From: an uncultured Myxococcaceae bacterium | Lineage (GTDB): Bacteria > Myxococcota > Myxococcia > Myxococcales > Myxococcaceae | Reading direction: 5' to 3' | Assembly: GCA_964522795.1 (NCBI GenBank) | Contig: CAZFXD010000031.1 | Coordinates: 1-26,926, forward strand | Length of the DNA: 26,926 nucleotides | Shown here: positions 1 through 6,547 of the stretch, piece by piece | Layout: each line of letters starts with the position of its first letter | Position numbering within the stretch: the stretch's first letter is position 1 | Translations under genes and position numbers: made by a program | Notes under the pieces: model-generated | What the model was told of the DNA's origin: nothing | The model's database searches: none | Seen by the model: only the letters and a program-made list of their open reading frames with translations

Positions 1-180
1 CGCCAACGTCACGGCCGTGCCGCCGCCTGCGCCGCCATTCCCCGCGGCGCCGCCACTGCCGCCGGCGCCTCCTGTGCCACCGCCCCCGCCGTCCATCGCG
101 CCGGGAGTTCCCGCGCAGCTTAGCCCCAGGCTCCCGACGGCAACGACGCACACGAGTGAACGAAGGAGAGTCGCGGTCAT
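1..180 (-). CDS. Gly-rich putative lipoprotein. Only the N-terminus is in the window; the gene continues past coordinate 1.
   Basis: Minus-strand ATG at 178-180. Its translation is MTATLLRSLVCVVAVGSLGLSCAGTPGAMDGGGGGTGGAGGSGGAAGNGG..., i.e. a signal peptide with an LSC lipobox followed by a Gly-rich region. It is open to the window edge. It is absent from the ORF track only because fewer than 60 codons lie inside the window. RBS is weak (GGGAAA). Confidence 0.4.
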   Translation of the reverse strand, partial: MTATLLRSLVCVVAVGSLGLSCAGTPGAMDGGGGGTGGAGGSGGAAGNGGAGGGTAVTLA

Positions 181-280
181 GGTGTTTTTCCCATCGAGGT
201 GTGAAGGACCGGCGCTCGATATCAGCCGAGGCGTAGTTCTCGGAGTGGATTCAGCAGGGGTCTGGGGGTCGCTTCGGCGC

Positions 281-1612
281 CTACAAGCCGAGCCGTCGCA
301 TCATCACCCGCAGCGTGCTCCCGGGGTCCTTCGCCGTACCGCGCCCCACATCGCCCAGGAGCTTGGCCGCCTGCGCTGCGTTTCCGCCTGACTGCCGGAG
401 CGCCTCGCCGATGGCGACCTTCTCCAGCTCCTCCTTCGCGCGCTTGAGGTTCATCTGCCCGGCGCTGATGGCGGCCTTCACCGCCGCGTCGTTGACGTAG
501 CGCGGAGCGGCGGCAACGTCGGACTTGCGGAACAGGCGCGAGGGCAGGTCGGAGGGCAAGAGCTCGGTGCCGGTGCGCTTGGCGACCAGGGCGCCGAACA
601 CCACGTTGCGCAGCTCGCGCACGTTTCCCGGCCACGGGTAGGCCGCGAGGAGCTGGAGCGCGTGCGGCGACACGTCTTTGACGCGCGCGCTCTTCGGCCG
701 TGGCTCCTCCCGGTCGAAGCGGGCCAGCAGCTCGCTGACCAGATCGGGAATGTCCTCCGTTCTCTCGCGCAGCGGCGGCAGCTCGATGCGCACGGTGGCG
801 AGGCGTTGGTACACATCGGCCCCGAAGTGTCCCTCGGCGATCAGGGCCTCGAGGTTTCGGTTGGTGGCGGCGAGGACGCGAAAGTTCACCCGTCGCCAGG
901 CGTTCTCGCCCAGCCGGGAGATCACGTGATCCTCCAGCACGCGCAAGAGCTTCATCTGGAGCGAGAAGGGCGTGTCGTCGACCTCGTCGAGGAAGACCGT
1001 GCCCCCCTCGGCCGCGCCGAACTGGCCGTCGTAGTCGCGCACCGCGCCCGAGAACGCGCCTTTCACGTAGCCGAACAGCTCGCCTTCCATCAGCTCGTTG
1101 GGAATGGCCGCGCAGTTGATGGGGACGAAGGTCCTGCTGGCGCGCGCGGACCAATCGTGAATCAGGCGCGCGGCCAGCTCTTTGCCCGTTCCCGTCTCGC
1201 CGGTGAGGAGCACGGGCATCGAGGTGCGGGCGGCGGTGCGAAGGTGCTCCAGCAGCGCCCGTGCGGCGGCGCTCTTCGCCACGAAGCCCGGAGGCGGCGA
1301 GAGCGGCTCGGGCGGCTCCGCGCACTCCTTCGCGCGCTCGGCGATGCGGCTGGCCACCTGGTCGGTGGTCCCGGTGGCCACGTCGCGCGCGCCCTGCTCC
1401 AACGCGTGCTGAAGCTCGCGGAGTCCGACCGCGGAGGATGGGGCCCAGATCCAGGCGAGCCCGGGCGCGGCGGGTGGGGTGGGCGGCGTGGCGGTCACCA
1501 CGCTGAGCACTGGCGCCTCGCCGTTGACCGCACAGCCTTTCGACTCGAGGGCGGCCCGGAGGGCGGGCGTTCCACCCCGGCCTTCCAGGCGGACACTGAG
1601 GAGTTTGGGCAT
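281..1612 (-). CDS. Sigma-54-dependent transcriptional activator (NtrC-family bacterial enhancer-binding protein, AAA+ domain plus C-terminal Fis-type HTH)
   Basis: The 443-aa translation carries Walker A (GETGTGKE) and a GAFTGA-type sigma-54 contact loop, here GAFSGA within ELFGYVKGAFSGA. It also has Walker B (VFLDEVDD), an arginine-finger region (RVLAATNRNLE) and a C-terminal Fis-like HTH (AAQAAKLLGDVGRGTAKDPGSTLRVMMRRLGL). The N-terminal ~130 aa lack the conserved Asp-pocket residues of a receiver domain. Confidence 0.9.
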   Translation of the reverse strand: MPKLLSVRLEGRGGTPALRAALESKGCAVNGEAPVLSVVTATPPTPPAAPGLAWIWAPSSAVGLRELQHALEQGARDVATGTTDQVASRIAERAKECAEPPEPLSPPPGFVAKSAAARALLEHLRTAARTSMPVLLTGETGTGKELAARLIHDWSARASRTFVPINCAAIPNELMEGELFGYVKGAFSGAVRDYDGQFGAAEGGTVFLDEVDDTPFSLQMKLLRVLEDHVISRLGENAWRRVNFRVLAATNRNLEALIAEGHFGADVYQRLATVRIELPPLRERTEDIPDLVSELLARFDREEPRPKSARVKDVSPHALQLLAAYPWPGNVRELRNVVFGALVAKRTGTELLPSDLPSRLFRKSDVAAAPRYVNDAAVKAAISAGQMNLKRAKEELEKVAIGEALRQSGGNAAQAAKLLGDVGRGTAKDPGSTLRVMMRRLGL

Positions 1613-1613
1613 G

Positions 1614-1648
1614 CGTGAATAAAATCACGTCTGTCGTGAAATAAATAC
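1614..1648. promoter_or_regulatory. AT-rich repeated element (CGTGAATAAAATCACG and CGTGAAATAAATAC). It is a candidate upstream activator or IHF-like bending site for the downstream sigma-54 promoter.
   Basis: Read directly. There is a 5-bp inverted repeat CGTGA/TCACG around an AT-rich core, then a second GTGAAATAAAT copy 20 bp later. Both lie 45-80 bp upstream of the -24/-12 element, in otherwise GC-rich DNA. Confidence 0.25.
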
Positions 1649-1690
1649 CCTCGGCGCGCTCCGGCCGACCAGCCTCCGCGGGGTTGGGCG

Positions 1691-1706
1691 TGGCACCCGC
1701 GATGCA
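1691..1706 (+). promoter_or_regulatory. Sigma-54 (RpoN) -24/-12 promoter TGGCAC-N6-TGCA
   Basis: TGGCAC at 1691-1696 and TGCA at 1703-1706. GG (1692-1693) and GC (1704-1705) are exactly 12 nt apart, as in the TGGCACG-N4-TTGCW consensus. It sits ~35 bp upstream of the ATG at 1740 and is divergent from the bEBP gene. Confidence 0.55.
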
Positions 1707-1711
1707 ATCCT

Positions 1712-1732
1712 CCCTCCGTCTCCTGCGGAGGG
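1712..1732 (+). promoter_or_regulatory. Inverted repeat CCCTCCG-N7-CGGAGGG. Its 3' arm contains the GGAGGG Shine-Dalgarno of the 1740 gene.
   Basis: Perfect 7-bp arms read directly. The SD sits 7 nt before the ATG. The predicted sigma-54 transcription start (~1717) falls inside the 5' arm, so formation of the hairpin in the mRNA is uncertain. Confidence 0.25.
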
Positions 1733-1739
1733 TGCCGCC

Positions 1740-2138
1740 ATGAAATTCCCCATGCGTCGTCTCTGGGTGCTGAGGCCGCTGTACGCGTTGTTCGGAGGGG
1801 TGGGCCGCTGGTCGTACGCCGAGATCGATGGCGACGGTGTGTTCGTCCGCTTTGGGTTTTTCAAAGCGCGAGTCCCGTTTGAGAACATCGCCTCGGTCGA
1901 GGCCTTCCGCCTGCCCTGGTGGGCCATCTCCCTCGGTTGGAGAACGGACCTTCGGCACCGCATCGGGTTGTTGGGCGCGATGTCCGGCGTGGTGAAGCTG
2001 AAGCTCGCCCGCCCGCAGGGGATGTCGCTGTTCGCGTGGGTCCCGTGCGACGAGCTGTACGTGTCGCTCGAAGACCCCGAGGCGTTCGTCCGGGCGACCG
2101 GCTCGCGCGCGCTCGAACCGCGCATCGCCGTGTCTTGA
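1740..2138 (+). CDS. Hypothetical soluble protein (132 aa), first gene of the sigma-54-driven operon
   Basis: ATG with GGAGGG SD 7 nt upstream. Amino-acid composition looks like real coding sequence. No family motif recognised and no clear TM segment. It ends 24 bp before the flotillin gene. Confidence 0.6.
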   Translation: MKFPMRRLWVLRPLYALFGGVGRWSYAEIDGDGVFVRFGFFKARVPFENIASVEAFRLPWWAISLGWRTDLRHRIGLLGAMSGVVKLKLARPQGMSLFAWVPCDELYVSLEDPEAFVRATGSRALEPRIAVS

Positions 2139-2162
2139 AAACGAAGTGAAAAGGAGAGGGTC

Positions 2163-4013
2163 ATGTTTGCGAACAATGGGTTGTGGGGCGTGTTCTCGAG
2201 TTACCCGGTGTGGAGCACGGCTGGGGTGGTGCTCGCCGTGGCGGCGTTCGTGGTGTTCGCCGGCCTGGTGGTGATTCGCGAGGACCAGGCGGGCGTGGTG
2301 ATTAAGCGCTTCGGGCGCTCGTTGGCCGATGGGCATCTCGTCGCGCTGAACGGAGAGGCGGGCTACCAGGCCGACCTGTTGTCGCCGGGCTGGCACTTCT
2401 TCCTCTGGTTCTGGCAGTTCAAGGTGACGAAGGTGCCGCTGGTCACCATTCGGCCCGGGGAGATCGGGCTGGTGATGGCGCTGGACGGCGGGTCGATTCC
2501 GCCGGAGCGGATCCTGGGCAAAGAGGTGGCGTGCGATGAATTTCAGAACGCGCGCGCGTTCCTCCAGCACGGGGGCGAGAAGGGTCGTCAGATCTCACTG
2601 CTCACGGCGGGCACGTACCGCATCAACCCGGCGCTGTTTCAGGTGGTCACCGCTTCGAACGCCGAGCGCTTCGGAATGAGCCGGAGCGAGCTGCAGGTGT
2701 TTGAGGTCGAAGCGGAGCGGGTGGGCATTGTCACGGTGCTCGACGGTCGACCGATTCCCTCGGGCGATCTCGCCGGGCCGGAGGTGAAAGGGCATGACAA
2801 CTTCCAGAAGGCGCAGGCGTTCATCAACGCGGGTGGCTGCCGCGGTCTCCAGGAGCAGGTGCTGCTCAGCGGCTCCTGGAACCTGAACCCGTGGTTCGTG
2901 CAGGTCGAACAGATTCCGATGACGGAAGTTCCCATCGGGAGTGTCGGCGTGGTCGTCAGCTACGTCGGCAAAGAGCACCTCGACCTCTCTGGCCCGGACT
3001 TCAAACACGGCGACCTGGTGGAGCGCGGCCGCAAAGGCGTCTGGATTGAGCCGCTCTTGCCCGGCAAGCACCCGGTCAACTCGCGCGTGATGAAGGTGGA
3101 GTTGGTTCCCACCACCAACATCGTTCTCAACTGGGCGACGCGGACGGAGGCGCACAAATACGACGAGAAGTTGGCGCCCATCACGGTGCGCTCGAAAGAC
3201 GGGTTCTCGTTCACGCTCGATGTGTCGCAGATTATTCACATCGGCATGAAGGCCGCGCCGCGGGTCATCAGCCGCGTCGGGTCGATGCAGAACCTCGTCG
3301 ACCACGTGTTGCAGCCGACCGTGGCGAACTACTTCCGCAACTCAGCGCAGGAAGTGACGGTGTTGGAGTTCCTGTCGGCGCGCAGCTTGCGTCAGAAGGA
3401 GGCGTTCACGCACATCAACGAAGCCATCGCCACGTACGACGTCGAATGCATCGACACCTTGATTGGCGACATCGTGCCTCCAGAAGCGCTGATGAAAACG
3501 CAGACGGACCGCAAGATCGCCGAGGAGCTGCAGCAGACGTACGAGACGCAGAAAGTGGCGCAGGGCAAACGGCAGGAGCTCGAACGCGAGACGGCCATCG
3601 CGAACATGCAGGGCGAAGTGGTGCGCTCGGAGCAGATGGTGCGCATCACGGAGCGCCAGGCGATGTCGATGGCGGAAGCGGCGAAGGGCGATGCGGCGCG
3701 GGTGCGGTATGCGGCGGAAGCCGAGGCCGACGCGATGCGCATGAAGGCCCAGGCTCAGGCCGAAGCCACGCGTCTGGCGGGTGACGCCGAAGCGTCGCGC
3801 ACGATGGCGATGGGTGAAGCGCAGGCGAAGGCGTACGAGCAGGGGGTGAAGAGCCTGGGTGCGCAGGGCTTCACCGCGGTGCGGATGGCGTCGATTCTCG
3901 GGGAGAACCACGTGAAGTTGGTGCCCGAGATCTCGGTGGGCGGCGATGGCCAGAGTGGCGGCCTCGCGAGCGTGCTCATCGGGAAGATGCTGTCGAAGCC
4001 GAACGGCGCGTGA
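2163..4013 (+). CDS. Flotillin-like SPFH/band-7 domain protein (YqiK-type) with an N-terminal TM anchor and a C-terminal EA-rich coiled coil
   Basis: Strong RBS AAGGAGAGGG immediately upstream of the ATG. There is an N-terminal hydrophobic helix (AGVVLAVAAFVVFAGLVVI). The SPFH core contains an internal tandem duplication (GGSIPPERILGKEVACDEFQNARAFLQHGG... and GRPIPSGDLAGPEVKGHDNFQKAQAFINAGG...). The C-terminal region is Ala/Glu/Gln-rich and coiled-coil-like (AEAEADAMRMKAQAQAEATRLAGDAEA), as is typical of flotillins. Confidence 0.85.
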   Translation: MFANNGLWGVFSSYPVWSTAGVVLAVAAFVVFAGLVVIREDQAGVVIKRFGRSLADGHLVALNGEAGYQADLLSPGWHFFLWFWQFKVTKVPLVTIRPGEIGLVMALDGGSIPPERILGKEVACDEFQNARAFLQHGGEKGRQISLLTAGTYRINPALFQVVTASNAERFGMSRSELQVFEVEAERVGIVTVLDGRPIPSGDLAGPEVKGHDNFQKAQAFINAGGCRGLQEQVLLSGSWNLNPWFVQVEQIPMTEVPIGSVGVVVSYVGKEHLDLSGPDFKHGDLVERGRKGVWIEPLLPGKHPVNSRVMKVELVPTTNIVLNWATRTEAHKYDEKLAPITVRSKDGFSFTLDVSQIIHIGMKAAPRVISRVGSMQNLVDHVLQPTVANYFRNSAQEVTVLEFLSARSLRQKEAFTHINEAIATYDVECIDTLIGDIVPPEALMKTQTDRKIAEELQQTYETQKVAQGKRQELERETAIANMQGEVVRSEQMVRITERQAMSMAEAAKGDAARVRYAAEAEADAMRMKAQAQAEATRLAGDAEASRTMAMGEAQAKAYEQGVKSLGAQGFTAVRMASILGENHVKLVPEISVGGDGQSGGLASVLIGKMLSKPNGA

Positions 4014-4034
4014 CGCTGGTGGCAGTGGGGAGTG

Positions 4035-4075
4035 AGCGCCGCGGGGCAGAACATCGCTCCGCGGCGTTCTTTTTC
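4035..4075 (+). terminator. Rho-independent terminator after the flotillin gene
   Basis: 8-bp all-GC stem CGCCGCGG (4037-4044) / CCGCGGCG (4059-4066) with a 14-nt loop, followed by TTCTTTTTC (4067-4075). It lies ~25 bp after the stop codon. Confidence 0.55.
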
Positions 4076-4216
4076 GCGGGCTCCCGATCCCCGCGAGCTC
4101 AGACGCCCTCTCGAGTTGCTTACACTCGCCGCCACGGACGCACAGAGTGTTCATTTCGTGGTTTCGCCCGGTTCCGTGTGACGAAACCTGACGTTCTCGT
4201 TTCGTGAGAATCAGTC

Positions 4217-5467
4217 ATGCCCCCGATCAACAACCCGCTGGCCCCGTCGTTCTTTCAAACCCTGACTGAGCGCTTCAAGGCGAAGCCCCCGCCGCCCCCG
4301 CCGCGCTGGCTGGAGCCCGCTCCGCTCGCCGATGGCTTCGACCCCGCGCAGGTGGGGGAGGCGATGACCCGCGCGCTCGGCGATCGAAAGGAGCGCGCCC
4401 TCGACGCCGCGAGCCACGTGCTCGAAGGCGACCAGAAATGGGAAGAGAACGACGACGGCACCATCACGGTGAGCGACCCGAAGAAGGCCAACGCGGGTGA
4501 CGACGTGCGCGAGGGCTCGAAGCGGTTCAACCAGGCGCAAGAGGTGATGTCGGCGAACGGCGCGGTGGAATCGTCGGAGCTGGCGAAGCTGACGCCCGAG
4601 CAGCAGGCGCAATACACCGCGCTCAAGGCCAAGCTGCTGGAGGAGTCCGCGGGTCAGCCGCACGGCGACCCGGTGGCGGCCCTGGCGCTTCAGACGATGT
4701 TGCTTCGCGGCGACCTGCCCGGCGCCCCGGCGCACGGTGACGGGAAGAACCTGCTCGAGCAGATGTATGGCCTGCTCTCCGCGCCGCTCGCCGACGGCAT
4801 CGACCGAAACAAGATGCTCTGCGACCTGACGCAGGAAATCGCCACGCCCAACTGTATCGAGCAGGTCGGCCCCACCTGCGTCGCCACCTCGGTGCAGATT
4901 CACCTCCTGCAGCACGACCCGGCTGAGTTCGTGCGGCTCTACACCGGCCTCGTCAGCCCCGAAGGCACGGTCACCACCGCCGGCGGCGATCAACTCAAGC
5001 GCGAACCCGGAGTGATTGAAGGCCACGACGGGACCCTGACCCAGCGCGTGATGGGGTCGGCCATGACCGACGTCGGCAACGGCGATGAAGCGTACGACCC
5101 GGACGGCGGCCTCGGCACGCACGAGACGGACGTGCTGCTGGAGTCCATCTACGGCGAGCGGTTTGACGAGTACTCGTACAACCCGCACTCGTTGGGCGAA
5201 GCGGTGGGAGACGAGTTCACCAGGAGAGATCTGCTCGACCGCGCTCGCCGCGGAGACTCGTTCTTCGTCGGCCTCAACTACGGGAAGGACGGTGGGGGGC
5301 ACCAGTTGCTCGTCACCGGCACCGAGGTGAAGGACGGCGTCGAGTACGTCATCTTCGTCAACCCCTGGGGCCGGACCGAAGCGCTCCCCGCGGACAAGTT
5401 CTTCGAGAAGGCGACCGACACCAACATCGGCACCTCGCCGGCGACCACGCTCAAGCAGGCCGCCTAG
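4217..5467 (+). CDS. Papain-fold (C39-like) cysteine peptidase domain protein with an N-terminal proline-rich/unknown domain. No signal peptide.
   Basis: Motifs in the translation: Q-x4-C in IEQVGPTCVATSVQIHLL (Cys221; compare C39 QxxxxDCGxAxLxMIL), GGGHQLLVTG (His362; compare C39 GHFVVL) and YVIFVNPWG (Asn382; compare the Asp/Asn of the C39 triad). The N-terminal 200 aa contain PPPPPPPRW and no hydrophobic leader. Confidence 0.6.
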   Translation: MPPINNPLAPSFFQTLTERFKAKPPPPPPRWLEPAPLADGFDPAQVGEAMTRALGDRKERALDAASHVLEGDQKWEENDDGTITVSDPKKANAGDDVREGSKRFNQAQEVMSANGAVESSELAKLTPEQQAQYTALKAKLLEESAGQPHGDPVAALALQTMLLRGDLPGAPAHGDGKNLLEQMYGLLSAPLADGIDRNKMLCDLTQEIATPNCIEQVGPTCVATSVQIHLLQHDPAEFVRLYTGLVSPEGTVTTAGGDQLKREPGVIEGHDGTLTQRVMGSAMTDVGNGDEAYDPDGGLGTHETDVLLESIYGERFDEYSYNPHSLGEAVGDEFTRRDLLDRARRGDSFFVGLNYGKDGGGHQLLVTGTEVKDGVEYVIFVNPWGRTEALPADKFFEKATDTNIGTSPATTLKQAA

Positions 5468-5515
5468 CGAACTTTCTTCCGCCGGTTCGAAAAAGGGGAC
5501 AGGCTGCTTTTCCCC

Positions 5516-6157
5516 GTGGCTTCGACTGACCCCGCGCCTGTGCCCGCTCCACCCGTGGTGAAGGCCCCGGGCACGTTCAAGGCGGTGGTGCTCGGCATCG
5601 CGCGCACGCGCTTCTTGCGCATCGTGGTGCTGGCGCTGCTCCTCTACAGCGGCGACCGGACGTGGCACTGGGCGAAGATGAAGATCGCCCACGCCCAGAA
5701 CATGAAGGCGGTGCCGGCCCGCGAGCCGTTCCACATCGAAGTCCGTGGAGCGACGTTCGACGGGCGGCTCGACTTCAACCAGGACCAGGGCACCGGCTAT
5801 TTCGACGGCGTGGTGGGCACCCCCGAGGAAGCGCGGCGGTTGATTCTCAACGGCCCGATGGACCCCGAGACCGCGCTCACGCTCTTCGACGTGCTCGAGT
5901 CGCGGGGGTGGGAGCAGGTGGAGTCGGAGAGCTCGCTCCGCTACCGCCTGAACCTGATGACCGATGTGCCGGTTCGAGAGCTGAGCGAGATTCGCGTCAG
6001 CATTCGACGGGGCCCGGTGACGAACGAGTTCGCGCTCCACGACACCACGCACCCCATCGTTGACGCGATCTTGTGGGTGATGACGCACCTGCCTGCCCAG
6101 AAGGCGCCACCACCGGCGGCGCTCCCCGAGGAGCCCGAGCCGCAAGACCCGCCGTAG
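5516..6157 (+). CDS. Hypothetical single-pass membrane protein with a Pro-rich C-terminus
   Basis: GTG start 48 bp after the peptidase gene. Hydrophobic helix FLRIVVLALLLYSG near the N-terminus. The exact start is uncertain. Probably co-transcribed with 4217-5467. Confidence 0.5.
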   Translation: MASTDPAPVPAPPVVKAPGTFKAVVLGIARTRFLRIVVLALLLYSGDRTWHWAKMKIAHAQNMKAVPAREPFHIEVRGATFDGRLDFNQDQGTGYFDGVVGTPEEARRLILNGPMDPETALTLFDVLESRGWEQVESESSLRYRLNLMTDVPVRELSEIRVSIRRGPVTNEFALHDTTHPIVDAILWVMTHLPAQKAPPPAALPEEPEPQDPP

Positions 6158-6190
6158 CGGCCGAACGTCGAACGCTCCGCGGCGCCGGCC

Positions 6191-6463
6191 TTACAGATCG
6201 TGGCCGAAGTCGTACCAGGCGACTCGACCCGCCTGCGTGCTCTTCACGTAGAGCTCGTGTCGGCCGTCGTCCACGAAGAGATCTTCGCGGCCCTTCATTC
6301 CAGCGATGCCCAGGTTCTTGAATGCCCGGGCCTTCGTCGTGTCAGGTTCTCGGACCGTCAGGCGCACCCGGCCGCCCGCTAACCGCTCCGAGGTGAGTGC
6401 TTTGTACGTGCTGCGAACGGAACTTCCGCGTGATGCCCCCGCACCGTTTGAACGAATCGACAT
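6191..6463 (-). CDS. Small hypothetical protein (90 aa)
   Basis: Internal ATG at 6463 preceded by a strong SD GGAGGGGGG with 7-nt spacing. The ORF-track start at 6481 is a TTG that lies inside this RBS. The protein is MSIRSNGAGASRGSSVRSTYKALTSERLAGGRVRLTV...WYDFGHDL. It lies 84 bp downstream of the DUF1552 gene on the same strand. Confidence 0.6.
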   Translation of the reverse strand: MSIRSNGAGASRGSSVRSTYKALTSERLAGGRVRLTVREPDTTKARAFKNLGIAGMKGREDLFVDDGRHELYVKSTQAGRVAWYDFGHDL

Positions 6464-6497
6464 GTGTGTTCCCCCCTCCAACCGCGGCCCACTTCCC

Positions 6498-6521
6498 CGC
6501 GTGCGACCGTTATCGCGTGCG
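6498..6521. repeat. Direct repeat CGCGTGCG x2 (6498-6505 and 6514-6521) upstream of the small gene
   Basis: Read directly. Spacing is 16 bp centre to centre. It lies between the DUF1552 stop and the start of the small gene. Confidence 0.3.
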
Positions 6522-6547
6522 CTGGCGGAAAGGTTGCGTGGGCGGGG

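Noticed and set aside
222-2570. 782-aa minus-strand ORF spanning the bEBP, the intergenic region and part of the flotillin gene
   Set aside because: Extremely Arg/Pro/Gly/His-rich low-complexity translation, typical of off-frame reading of high-GC DNA. It overlaps two well-supported genes and a promoter region and has no motifs.
4211-6145. 644-aa minus-strand ORF antisense to the C39-like peptidase and the following gene
   Set aside because: Arg/Leu/Gly/Val-rich low-complexity product with no motifs. The plus-strand frames have recognisable catalytic motifs and proper start contexts.
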